A stretch of DNA of 64,000 bases, taken from the NCBI GenBank assembly GCA_043228905.1, contig JBHGNT010000006.1, forward strand, positions 20,646,001-20,710,000, written 5' to 3'. A program made the translations under genes and the position numbers. The DNA is from Azolla caroliniana (Eukaryota; Plantae; Polypodiophyta). The notes under the pieces were generated by a model that worked only from the letters and a program-made list of their open reading frames with translations, did no database searches and was not told the origin of the DNA. Below, one piece after another: positions 40,820 to 53,940 of this stretch; the stretch's first letter is position 1, and each line of letters opens with the position of its first letter.

Positions 40820-43125
40820 CTATGTTTGAATGGATGATCTAGGGATTAGTGGTGGGATTCCAGGTTCATCTGCAGGAACCTGTAACCAAAGAGAAATATA
40901 TAACAAATCTTTACTCTCTTCTCGAATTGTGGGGGAAAAAATAAACCAAATAAGCGTATGCAATTGGGATTTTACGGAACCTGTGGGGTTTCTTCAGCTT
41001 CTGGCAATACCGCTCCGGCATCTTCCTGTTGGTGTGTGAAATGGTCGTCGGCTTCGGCATTCTCTTGTTGAAGAGAATCTCTCATTTCGGACTGCTTGGA
41101 GGTCTTACTGTCATGCTCAAGCTCATCTAACTCTGTAGACAGTTTAAAAATGAAAATACAACTCAAAACATGTAATTATGTGGACCGGCCACAGCTCTCA
41201 GTCATATATTCATTCATCTCTATAAAAATGAGCTGTATGAAAACGCAGAAAAGATTAATGAATGAGCTTTGCTCAATTTGCTTTAGGGAAATTTGGCTTT
41301 CAGTTGGGACATTTGCATGATCAGTTAACATGTTGAAACTTTGTGGAACTGGTTATTTATTTTATTTCACCTCCAAATAGATCATCCTCATCCAGTTGAT
41401 CAGGAACACTTTGGCCTTGTAGCAAGGAATCCTGAACCTCATTACTTTCCTCCACGATGTCTGTTATCACATCTTGTAGTTTCTGCAGCAAGTATTCAGG
41501 TTAGACTCATTCATGAATTACATGTTTTGCATCAACATAAGCCCACAAAACAGAAGCAACACTCACATCAACGTCATCAATCTTCAGCGTTTTCATGGTT
41601 ACTTTCAGGTCTTTGCTACCCGCCTTCATCGCAGCCAACTGCATGACCACTCCCATGGATTTATGCCCCAAGAAGAAAAGCATTAGTACAGAATGCATTA
41701 TCAAAATCAAAAGGCTTCCTTTCCTGATCCAAATCCAACTTTGAGGTACAGTTAACATGAAATCATGGGAAAAAAAAGAGTCGCTTACCGTTTCACGAGC
41801 ATCCTTGATGCCTTCCGTAGCAAATGAAACACGCTCAAGTTTAAAGCTTTGATTGTAAAGCATGTCCCTTTGAGCTTCATACCTGAGTAACAGGAAATAT
41901 ATATATATATATATATTCAGAGAACTGGAAGCACTCTATCACTGTTTTCCTTATACACAGACCCTTACATCTTTTTCTGCTTCAGAACCCTTAATGCTCG
42001 GGCTTTCAAAGCGTCTTGTGCAGGTCCTGGTCTTGTCTTGTTGATGTATTCTTTAAACAGCAGAAGTTCAGCATCCAGCTTCTTGATCTTTTCGTCGGTG
42101 ACATCTCCTCGTTTGTTAATCTAAACAACAAGAGAAGAACACAAGCATAAGATCATCTCCTCGCCTGTTAACATCTGAACACGAAAAGCAGAAAAGAATA
42201 TCCACGAAAATGAATCCAACCCCGCCAGACACAAGACAGAGACAATGAAGAAAGTATATCCTCACATTTTGATCTATCTACTGGAAATCATTTCGACTGA
42301 AATTCCTCTAAAATCGCAGAGCAAGTTAACATATTATGTAAATCTAAACACTCAGACCAAGCCAGAAAGCCAGTGACAATGAAGAAAGTATATACTCCCA
42401 TTTTGATCCATCTACTAGAAAACATTTCGACAGAAGTTCCTCAAAAATCGCAGAGCAAGTTAAACATATTATGTTCATCTAAACACTCAGAGAAAGCCAG
42501 AAAGCCAGTGACAATGAAGACAGTATATCCTCCCATTTTGATCCATCTACTGGAAAGCATTTCGACGGAAGTTCCTCTAAAATCGCAGAGCAAGTTAAAC
42601 ATATTATGTTCATCTAAACATTCAGAGGAATCCAGAAAGTCAGTGACAATGAAGACAGTATATCCTCCCATTTTGATCCATCTACAGGAAAGCATTTCGA
42701 CGGAAGTTCCTCTAAAATCGCAGAGCAAGTTAAACATATTATGTTCATCTAAACACTCAGACAAAGCCAGAAAGCCAGTGACAATGAAGAAAGTATATCC
42801 TCCCATTTTGATCCATCTATCAGAAAGCATCTCGACGGCTGTTCCTCAAAAACCGGAGAGCAAGTAAGATATCATGCTCATCTAAACACTCAGAATAAGC
42901 CAAAAAAGCCAGTGGCAATGTAAACATGATAGCCAGAGCGACTCCACAAGAAACACGAGGGCAAGCAAGCGTCTCCATCGCCCGTTAATCTATCTAAAGA
43001 AGAGACACAAAGCAAGGCAGGAACTCCAGGCTCACCTTTTCTGTGGCCTCCTCTAGGGTAACGGGGGGTGCCTTCTCCTTCTTCTTCTTCCTGAAGCCGA
43101 AGATTTTCTTCATGGTCGTGGCCAT
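40820..43125 (-). CDS. VPS60: ESCRT-III-associated Snf7-family protein VPS60/CHMP5-like, 7 exons
   Basis: Spliced product MATTMKKIFGFRKKKEKAPPVTLEEATEK|INKRGDVTDEKIKKLDAEL...GPAQDALKARALRVLKQKKM|YEAQRDMLYNQSF...VPDQLDEDDLFGELDELE matches recalled plant VPS60. Exons ~43125-43036, 42120-41969, 41882-41789, 41638-41567, 41482-41371, 41132-40982, 40879-40820. All GT-AG. Start may be 43113. Confidence 0.88.
42241..42920. repeat. 135-bp minisatellite x5 in VPS60 intron 1
   Basis: GACAATGAAGA(A/C)AGTATAT starts at 42241, 42375, 42510, 42645 and 42780, with a partial copy at ~42914. Confidence 0.97.
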
Positions 43126-43845
43126 GGGAGGGGAGAGAATGAAGGAGCAGGAAGAAGGAAGACAGGAACAGCAGGATGGGAATGGAGGAGCAGAAGAAAC
43201 GATCCGAAGCTTTCTGTGTTGGGATTCTCCTGTTCTGATCTCTGTGATCTCTGTGTCTCTGTGTCTCCAACGTTCACATTTTATTTGAAGCTTTTTTGGT
43301 GGTGTTTTCCAACAGAAAGAAGAAGAAGAAGAAGAAGAAAATGAGTTAAATATAAATTTTATATAAACAGCGAGGAATTAATTCATCAATAGTACGTAAT
43401 ATTCGTGTTCGTTAACCCAAACATTCGTTTTCCTACGTGCTCAAACGAATGCGCATGTTATTTAAAAACATTCTTGTTTTTTTTATACTTTTTACCTTAG
43501 CTTTTCTTACCCTAAAAAATTTTACCTTATAATAAATAATGAATGCAAAAGTATAGTATTTATCATACTTCGAGGGTGTTTTTCTTATGCGAATGCTGAT
43601 GCACGAATGGTACGTATACTTCATACTATTAGACATGTCAAAAAGAGTTCACGTAAAAATAATAGAGGAAATCATAGACATGTAAATTCTAATGACTTTG
43701 GCTTGGTTTCACACACACACGCACACAATACATCATTTTTTCACTCTATTGGAGGTCCACTTTGCGTACACAGAAAGAAAGATATATTAACGTCCTCTAA
43801 GAACAAAATTGGCCCATGAGACAATTGAGCGAGAGAGATGGACGG

Positions 43846-44007
43846 TGCCCATATGGAGATGTATGTAGTAGTTCAATTGATCGTTGAGCACTGGTACCTA
43901 GAAAATGGGGGGGGGGGGGGGGGGTGACAAGAGGCGCGATAGTCGAGCCTTGAACTTGAGGCCTTAGAGAAAGGGCCAGGTACTAAGGGGATGATTGCCC
44001 ATATGGA
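43846..44007 (-). mobile_element. Short SINE-like insertion flanked by 12-bp direct repeats
   Basis: TGCCCATATGGA at 43846-43857 and 43996-44007. Minus strand carries a B-box-like AGTTCAAGGCTC, a poly-C tract and a CTACATACAT tail. Confidence 0.55.
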
Positions 44008-46945
44008 TGTGGCACCCTAAACAATATCCAAATTTGTGCTCTAGACATTCCTCGTGTTAGTGTCATGGGTTGGTCTATGATGTAGACAATATCACTGAGA
44101 ACTATTATGTAACTTTTATGTATTAATTCAACTCAAATGAATGGGTTTTGAATGATTTTAGACATCAACACGACAATGTCATATTTGACATTTCTTTCAC
44201 TTCATCCGTGTAGAGGTTTGAGTGGCTATTAGGAACCAAACATCACCAAATATATCAAAACTCATACGCAAACAAGTGATGTATATATGATGTGTTGCTT
44301 GCCACCTATTTGTTGTGTATTCGTTTTATTAGTCATTTTATATTCGTTTTCATGGTCATGAGCTACGATCATTCAACTTATTTTATTTGTTCACTCAAAT
44401 GTAACTTTTTCTATCAATATCGAAAGAAGTTGTTTTCATTCAGTGTGTTTTAATCGTCACATCGTATCATTGTTTTATTTATATGAAATGTTGTGGTCAA
44501 TTATAATATTGTTTGGTAAGGTCCATATTGTTTATATAACAAACTTGTAAACATTTTTATGTTTCGCCATATGAGACTTGTTAAGAGACTCGTACAACTA
44601 GAGAGAGAGTTACGTGAAGATAATCAAGGCTCGTTCATAAGTCAAGTGTAATGGAGAGTGTCGGCAACAACGGAGAGAGTTTCACAATCTCTATTTATGG
44701 TTTAGTAGATGCTTGGTCTTGATAATGATTCGCTCCACATTTTTAGGTATCCCAGTTCAAATAATTGTAATGCATATCTTCCAATGCACCTCCAATTTAT
44801 GTGTGTATTTAACATATAAAAGTAAATTCCAAACTTCTCAATGTTAACATGAAATGAAATGAAACTATGGCATTGCATTTTCTTGAACACAACATGCATA
44901 ACCATATTTGAAGTGTGGCATTCTCAAAATGTTTCTGACTAGAATAGACACTCGTATCCCTTCGACTATGATAATTACTATTATGTACAATTTCCATGCG
45001 AATATATTGGCACACTTCCAAAATATATTGGCATAGCTCACGTTAGTGCATACAAGTGTTTTTTAGTTACGTTACAATTGACCATTCAAATATTAAGGTT
45101 GCTCATCACGTGACTAGATAAATGTTATTTTTACCACTTTTGGTAATGCTCTTAAAATGGCCACCCTATTTTTCATTCCTTGAATGGAAGATGAAATTTG
45201 CTACACGCACCAACCACCACTTTTTCTCGTGGATTCCTCAAAGCCATTTCGATGGAGTGGTGATTATTAGAGTTGGCTCCTTGGTGTAGAATGGTCCCTA
45301 CCATGCTCGTGTCAAACTGTGGCATCTATGTCTCATCCGATGGTGGTCCCATCCTTACAATGTGGGTAGTATATTTGTATTTTTACCCTATATCGTTTCT
45401 TTTGTAGCAAAGAAAAATAAAATGTTTTTCAATCCAATAAAAAACAGAGAAAAAACATTAAAAACATGTCACCTTCTAAAGACTCATGACTTTGATATTA
45501 CAAATTTTATACCACGTACATATTATGAGGACCACGCATGATGTTACTACAAAATTCAAATTAACCGAACTCAACATGAGAGAAGAGGTGTCCAAGTGAA
45601 GGAAGACGATATACACCTAGCACTTGTAAGTTGTGTTGTACCAAACCTCGCTATAGTCGTATTCAGACATTAGATGCTCATCCTCTATTTATAGCAAGGT
45701 CTAGCCTCTTAACTAGTTAATTGGGTGCTACAACTTTTTACCACGACTCACAACTTCTCATTGTTCTTGTATATATCCACTAGGTGTTGTACATTTTGAA
45801 AATGCACTATGCGTAAAATTCAATGGCTCAAAGTAAGTTATTACTTGTAGTTAAATTATAACCATATAAATGTTAATTTCAATAAGTTTAAATTAATTTA
45901 ATGCTTGCCCAATTTTCACATAGAATATTTAAACAATGTTTGATAATTATCATCATTTGATATGTATCATCTATTGCTACCATAAAAAACTGCCTACATG
46001 GATATCTACCCATCCTCGCCGAACACAAAACAATGCTCGCTTCAAGCTAAAATATGGGGCCAAGTTGATCCCTATATCAAAGATAAAACAAGAGTATTTC
46101 GAAGGTCTCTTTATGAATTGGATGATAGGTGTGGGCAACTTCCCAAATCGAGTATTTAATTTTAATCGTATTTATGACAAGCTACACACCAATTTCCTAG
46201 GCTATGGGCCATTGTCATGTTATAAAACCAACATGGGATAAGCTAACTAGGACGCAACTCTTTTGAGGGAAGGCTCAATGGTTCAATGAATTCGAAAGAC
46301 AAACTTCATCTAATGTAAAAGGTTTTTGGATGGACGGAAATACATTTCACACAGAGACCCACACCACAACACACACCGTTCAAATGTTTAGGCACATGAA
46401 TCACTGTTCCCCTCCAACGCAACACAATACTTTTGATCCTTTTCAAGGAAAACAACATCACGTGGGATCCCACTTTGCACATTTTAGTTATGGCATCAAG
46501 GCATTTTCCACATAACCGGTTTACCGAGTCTCGGCGTTTGCATGTCGAGGGTGGCAACATATATCATTACAAAAAGGTGGAGCTAGTTGATCCGATCCAA
46601 GGGGGTGGTCGAAGGTTTTCTGGCCCCCCCCCCCCCCCCCCCCCCAATCCGTTATTTTCGCGAGGAGGAGAGAGCTCTTCGCACATGCACACGTGCTGCA
46701 AAAGAGAGAGAGAGAGAGTCTTGAAGTATCCGAAGTCCTCGACGAGAAACTCTCTGTCTCATTCTCTGTACTATATCTCTTTGTTCTATAGCTTTTCAAA
46801 GGCGAGAGAGAAAAACGATGGCACAGGAGCTAGTGGCGGAAGAAGGACCGAAGGTGGTGGTGGGGGGGGGCGGGTCACCGTCCGGGCTCATCTGGGACGG
46901 GCGGGGCCTCGTGTTTGTTTGTTTGTCTTTGGAAAAGCAAAAGAG

Positions 46946-47047
<102 letters not shown>

Positions 47048-47495
47048 GGGGGTGGTGGTGGTGTTGGTAGACGGTCGCCATCACATCTTATTATTTTTTT
47101 GGGTCCAACTGGGAGAGCTGCCACCGGCTTGTCCGGTCATCGTGCCGGTGGCCGGTCACCATCTTTTCCTTCCCAGCGAAAGCGACCGCGCACCTGCGCC
47201 TTTCTTTCTTTCTTTCTTTTTTTTACCTTCTTCTTCCGCCATCGCCTTTCCTTTCTCTGTGCTTTTTCTTCTGCCTAGATCTCACTCCTCTCTCCCTCCA
47301 TCTCTGCAGAGCACCTGCCTGCAGGGAGGCAAGAGATCGGTAGCTATCTTCTTCCTTCCAAGGTATCTCCTTCAACACGCAGCCAGAGATCACTCAGAGA
47401 TCGACAGGCCGAGCCTCTCTCGCCTCCTCTCCCATTTTTGTGTTGTCCCCCCCCCCTCTTGTCTGTATGACCTGATCCCCCTTCATCCGACCGCC

Positions 47496-50400
47496 ATGGA
47501 AGCCAATGCTGGCCTTGTTGCTGGTTCTTATAAGCGAAACCAGCTCGTCGTCATCGGCTCCGAATCGAATGGGGTAAGTCGTCCCCAACTCAAATTAACC
47601 GACCGCATTCGTTAAATCTATTTCTATGTCGGCATTGCCTAGTGAAACCACCCAGTTATGCTCTAATGCTTCTGATCTGTTGATTTCTTCCTTCTGCTCA
47701 AGCCTCTTGTCCGTTTTATCGTGTGTGCTGCAAGAACAAATGCCGTTGATTTGTTTCTTTTGCCAGAAACCAACCGTTCTTATCTAGATTTTGCTTTTTT
47801 CCGCAAGAAAAGTGCTTCCGATCTGCTATTTTGCTGCCATGACTTAAAAATTCTTTCCAATTCATTACCGCGTGTAAAGAAAGTTCCGTCGGATCTGCTT
47901 TGTTGCTATCAATTGGTCTACTTCACATTGATGGCTGTCCTCAAGAAAAATGCATGAATTTGATTTAAGATGACCCAATTCCGTCTTGGGTTTTATGTCC
48001 TGTAACAAAAATGCTTCTGATCTATTCATTTCTTGCCATGACTTGGTCTCCTTTTCCATTCGTGTCCTGTACATATTACACATCGATCTGCTTCTTTGCC
48101 ACGACTTTTGGCATTCTTTCTATTTGTTACATTGTACTGCAAGAAATTGCATTCTGATCTGCTTTTTGCCATGATGTTCCTCCCTCGATGTTTCCAGCCC
48201 TCTCTTTTGCTTCTTATCCTTAAACAAGTGCTTCCTAATCTTTTGTATTCCCATCCTTTCGGATATTTTTTGTTCACGAGAAAGATGCTTCTGATCTATT
48301 TCTTTAACATTATTCAACCTCCTTCCCATATCCGCTCTTTGCTCAAAGAATCTAAATGATGCTGGACAGCTTCATTTTCTTGTCTCGACATCCTTTTCTT
48401 TTTGTAAGCAATTTAAGAATGCTTTTATGTTTTTCTATGCCGTAAATTCACCGCTATTCAATTTCCTGTTGTATAGTGCAAGAAAAATCTATATTTTTTC
48501 AATTTCTGTGTACCGCAAGGAAAAATGTGTTACGATCTGTATCACTGTTTACCTTTTTATCCTGTTTTTACGTACTACAAGCAAATGCTTTCTGAATCTC
48601 TCTTGGCCATGTGTTAGCCCGATTTCCTTGTTTTTGGTTTGGGCAAGAAAAATGCGACCCTCATTAGTTTCATCACATCTTTCTCGTTTGTCATTGTGTA
48701 GTACAAGAAAAAATTGCTTTTGTGATCTATTGCTTTGCTGCGGCTCAGCCTCTTTTTCTGTTTGTTTCGTGTGGCAGCCGAGACCCTTGCAGCCATCAAG
48801 CAGTGAAACATGTCAGATCTGTGGGGACCATGTGGGGACAACAAAGAATGGTGAGCTCTTTGTTGCATGCAACGAGTGTGCATTTCCTGTTTGCAGGCCT
48901 TGTTATGAATATGAGCGCAAGGATGGCAATCAGGCCTGTCCTCAATGCAATACAAGATACAAACGCCACCGAGGTACTCAATTTCTAGTCTTCTTCATCT
49001 CTTGTTTGTTTTCAAGATATAGGATATCTTGTTTTTGGTATATACCTTGGTCACTTCCTGTAGTTATCATCTCTTGCATACTGGCATCTTCAACTTTGTA
49101 TTCAATTGAAATTTACAGACTTGCTCATTTTTAGTCTCTCTAACTCAGACACCGACATCTTCAACTTTAATTCTGCAAGAATTTTTCAGACTTGCAAGTT
49201 GCTAGATTGTTTTAGCCTTTCCAGATCTCCACCTTTGCCTTTATGCATCTTCATTCTAGGTGTAATTCATTGCTTAGAGCTATGTATTCTTTGATTTGTG
49301 CCTTCTCCTTCCTGTGGGATTCTCCCATTTGAGTTCAACGACCATAGGAAGTCCCCGAGTTATTTTGCGGTGATGAAGAAGATAATGAAATAAGAGGATG
49401 TTGAATTTTGATCTCTTGTTTTACTTTCGATGTCTCAAACAGATGACTTCAACTTTCCCTCTGAAAGGAAGCCACTGCCTTGATATCTTGATTTAGTCTC
49501 TATCTCACAAAATAACATTTTGGTCCTCTCCTCGGAATGAAATCTACAGCTTTGCTATCTTGGTTTAGTCTCTATCTTGCACATTGACATATTTGACTTC
49601 ACATTAGAAAAGAAATCTACGCTTTGGTCTCTTGCATTAATCTCTATCTTGCACACAGACATATACAACTTTGGTTTCAGGTGCATTTCCATTCTAGATT
49701 GTCTTTGTCACTTAGAGATTTCTATGCGTTGGTGTTGTTTTTTTTCCTCCTTCTGTACAGTTTTACTCATTTGAGCTCTATGACCTCAGGAAGTCCTCGA
49801 GTTGTTGGTGATGACGAAGAAGATGATGTTGATGATCTGGAGAATGAGTTTAACTACAAAAAAGGAGAGGGAAAAGCACGACAGCAGATGCAGTATATTG
49901 AAGGCAGTGATAGAAATCAGCAGCCCCCTCAAATTCCTCTCCTCACTAACACTAGACACGTAATAGTTTTGAGAACAATTACTAGAAAGTTTATTCAGCT
50001 GATTTCACACAATTCTTTAGTAAAATCAATGTTGTGCAGGTCTCGGGTGAGCTTGATGGTGTCTCACCTGAACACATTGCAACAAAACGAAGACCTTATG
50101 CAGATCCAAGTATACCTGGTCTGACATCTTAGTTTTGGCTTTATACTTTTGTAACTGCTTCGCTGGTTGCTAACCTTCTGTATCTTGAATGATATCTATG
50201 TGATGCCTGCAGGCTCTGCTGAATCAAGAAGCATGGACCTGAGCCGAGAATTTAGTCCTTATGAGTTTGGTGACATTGCGTGGAAAGAGAGGGTCGAAGG
50301 TTGGAAACTAAAGCAAGAAAAGAATCAGATGGCCATGACAGATGGTGGTCAGGCTGGAGGTGGTGGGACAGACATGGACGATAACAGGCAGAATGGAGAT

Positions 50401-53400
50401 GCACTGATGTACATCCTTCTCGAACTCACTTCTGTTCAAGATTTCAATGTGTCATAATTAGTCCATGTTTATCTTGATCATATGCTCATTTTAGACCTTC
50501 AATTTGCCAGGAATACTGATGGGAGAGGGCCTCTGTCAAAGGTAGTACCGATACCATCTTCCAAAATTACTCCTTACAGGATTGTTATTATCATCCGGTT
50601 GATAATCCTCGCCTTCTTCTTGAGATTTCGAGTCCTCAATCCATCTGATGCTTATGGGCTTTGGCTTACATCTGTCATTTGCGAGATCTGGTTTGCAGTA
50701 TCTTGGATTTTGGATCAGTTCCCAAAATGGTCTCCGATTAACAGAGAGACATTCCTTGACAGGCTTTCCCTAAGGTTGGTTGATGCTATATGATTATCAT
50801 AACTACTGGAAGGTTTGTGTCTTTAATAGGTTATTTCTAAATGCATGTTTCTCTTCACTTTGGAGACGTCTCTAATCTGGATTAAGCTATGCTAGAGATA
50901 ATTTGAAGAAAAAAAGTCCAATATACCTTGCTTGAGAATCTTACATGTATAGATGACAAGATTCTTTAGTTGTGTCTTAATTATATTTCCATTTACCTTT
51001 TTTGTTTAGTTAAGTTTATTTTGATTTGCTGTTCATCAAAGATGAGACACTCTTGTTTGGTCTTACAGGCCATTTTGGCCTCTTAAAAGAGATTAATATA
51101 TCTTTCTTTCTTTCTAGGTACGAACCTGAAGGAAAACCTTCACAATTATCATCAGTGGATGTTTTTGTGAGCACAGTTGACCCATTGAAGGAACCCCCCC
51201 TGGTTACCGCTAATACTGTCCTTTCAATTCTTGCGGTGGATTATCCAGTGGAAAAGGTGTCATGTTATGTATCCGATGATGGTGCAGCTATGTTGACTTT
51301 TGAGACTCTCTCTGAGACCTCAGAGTTTGCTAGGAAATGGGTTCCTTTTTGCAAGAAGTTTAACATTGAACCAAGGGCACCAGAGATGTATTTCGCACAA
51401 AAAATTGATTATCTTAAGGACAAAGTTCAACCCTCTTTTGTGAAGGAGCGGAGGGCCATGAAGGTAAGCCTATCGCTAGTGTTATTTTGATCCAAGTTGA
51501 GTTCAAGGGTGGTGCTGCAAGTTAAACTATTCTTACCTTTATCCTATTAGAGAGAATATGAAGAATTCAAGGTTAGAATAAATGGCCTGGTTGCCAAGGC
51601 ACAGAAAATTCCAGAAGAGGGATGGACTATGCAAGATGGGACTCCTTGGCCAGGAAATATCACCAGAGATCATCCTGGAATGATACAGGTTGATTCAACT
51701 ATCTGTGTTTATTGAAATATTAATTCAAGGCAAAGGCAATTAAACCAGTTAATTATAAAATACTTCTTGCAGGTCTTTTTGGGTCATAGTGGAGGGACTG
51801 ATACTGAGGGTAATGAGCTTCCACGCTTAGTGTATGTTTCTCGTGAAAAACGTCCAGGATTCAATCATCATAAAAAAGCTGGTGCAATGAATGCTCTGGT
51901 ATGCATTTATCCACATTCTTCTTGAAAAGAAAACAGTGAAACTAATGCAAGTTTTCATCTTAATTTGATTGCCTGTTTTTCTTTTCTAGGTGAGGGTTTC
52001 TGCTGTTCTTACCAATGCACCATACTTTTTGAATTTGGATTGTGATCACTACATCAATAACAGTAAAGCTATTCGCGAGGCTATGTGTGTCATGATGGAC
52101 CCAGATGTTGGCAAGGATGTTTGTTATGTGCAGTTCCCTCAGAGATTTGATGGTATTGATTTGCATGATCGATATGCTAATCACAATACTGTCTTCTTTG
52201 ATGTAAGTGATTGGTGATATTGATCTCTTTAACACCGCACACAAGCAAACTCTTACTCCTCATGGTACTTGTGTTTCTTCAGATCAACTTGAAGGGTTTA
52301 GATGGTATACAAGGTCCTGTATATGTGGGTACTGGGTGTTGCTTCAAAAGGCAAGCTCTCTATGGACATGATGCTCCATTTGTTGATAGGTCTTCAAACG
52401 ATGATTTCATCACTCAGTTCTGCTGTGGTCCAAGGAAGAAAAATCGTCCATCAAAGACTAAAAATGCTGCTAAGCGACCACCGACTAGAAATGACCCAAT
52501 GTTTACCCTTGAGGATGTTGAGGAAGGAGTAGAAGGTGCTGTTACAATTCAGACTCATCAAATCAACCCCAGTTTGTTTTGTGGTTTAATCTGATTTGTG
52601 TGACTGCTTATTTTGGCTTAGTAGGATATGATGATGATAACAAATCCTTGCTGGTATCTCAAAAAAGCCATGAAAAGAAATTCGGACAATCACCTGTATT
52701 TGTGGCCTCAACATTTTATCCAGAGGGTGGCGTTCCACAATCTGCATCACCTTCGTCTCTGCTGAAGGAAGCTATTCATGTCATCAGTTGTGGTTATGAA
52801 GATAAATCTGAGTGGGGCAAAGAAGTGAGTGTAGTCTTCCTATACCCATAGCATGGCTCTGAAATGTTTTTGACATTACTTGATTAGATAGCCTGAAAAA
52901 AATGATCTCTCAATTTTGTACATTTCAGATTGGATGGATTTATGGATCTGTCACAGAAGATATTCTGACCGGATTCAAAATGCATTGCCGGGGATGGAGG
53001 TCTATCTATTGCATGCCCCTGAGGCCAGCCTTCAAAGGTTCTGCTCCAATCAATCTTTCCGATAGGTTGCATCAGGTGCTTCGGTGGGCTCTAGGTTCAG
53101 TGGAGATTTTGCTTAGCAAACATTGTCCCTTGTGGTATGGCTATGGTGGGAGACTGAAATGGTTGCAGAGATTGGCATATGTTAACACTATTATATATCC
53201 AATCACCTCTCTCCCATTGTTGGCCTATTGTACTCTTCCTGCAGTATGTTTGCTCACAGGAAAATTCATTATTCCCTCGGTAAGTGTTCCCGTATCAAAT
53301 CAAGGATGTATGATATCAAGGTCATATTGTTTTTCACTGATACTATTTTCCATCAACTTCACAGATTAGCAACTTTGACAGTCTTTGGTTTATTACCCTC

Positions 53401-53940
53401 TTCTTGTCCATCTTTATTACTGGCATCTTGGAAATGAGATGGAGTGGTGTGGGCATTGATGACTGGTGGAGAAATGAGCAGTTTTGGGTGATTGGCGGGG
53501 TGTCAGCCCACTTATTTGCTATTTTCCAAGGTTTGCTGAAAGTTCTTGCAGGTATTGACACAAACTTCACTGTCACAGCTAAGGGAGGAGAGGATGAGGA
53601 ATTTGCTGATCTCTATATCTTTAAATGGACAACCCTTCTCATACCCCCTACAACTTTGATAGTTATCAACATCGTGGGTATTGTTGCGGGTATTTCTGAT
53701 GCATTGAATAGTGGTTATCAGTCATGGGGACCTCTCTTTGGAAGGCTTTTCTTTGCCTTCTGGGTGATTGTTCACCTTTATCCTTTCCTCAAAGGTCTAA
53801 TGGGAAAGCAGAACCGGACACCCACCATTGTCATTGTATGGTCTATTCTCCTTGCTTCCATCTTCTCCCTTCTATGGGTGAGGATAGATCCATTTACTTC
53901 ACAAACCCCAACTACATCAGAGTGTACAGACAACTGCTGA
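47496..53940 (+). CDS. CESA: Cellulose synthase catalytic subunit, 14 exons
   Basis: [15 protein letters not shown] start, RING-type zinc finger (CQICGD...[27 protein letters not shown]), DDG, DCD, TED and QVLRW motifs, C-terminal TMs. Exons ~47496-47573, 48778-48973, 49790-49959, 50040-50118, 50213-50408, 50510-50774, 51118-51463, 51551-51688, 51773-51898, 51990-52202, 52283-52535, 52625-52824, 52929-53279, 53365-53940. All GT-AG. Confidence 0.97.
47660..48745. repeat. Old degenerate ~65-70 bp tandem array filling CESA intron 1
   Basis: Core AAGAAAAATGCTTCTGATCT...TTGCCATGACTT recurs in decayed form at ~47664, 47732, 47805, 47877, 47943, 48004, 48141, 48279, 48518, 48579, 48644 and 48705. 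Confidence 0.7.
51038..51115 (+). mobile_element. LINE-3'-tail-derived short repeat abutting a CESA splice acceptor
   Basis: GGTCTTACAGGCCATTTTGGCCTCTTAAAAGAGATTAATATATCTTTCTTTCTTTCT is near-identical to the reverse complement of 63037-63119. Confidence 0.85.

Noticed and set aside
42373-42867. 164-aa and 129-aa repetitive ORFs on both strands
   Set aside because: Artefact of a 135-bp (multiple of 3) intronic minisatellite.
42241-42920. CRISPR-like array
   Set aside because: Whole units repeat with no unique spacers, and the context is a eukaryotic intron.
45575-45790. Possible solo LTR (CTATTTATAG TATA-like motif)
   Set aside because: No convincing TG...CA boundaries or TSD.
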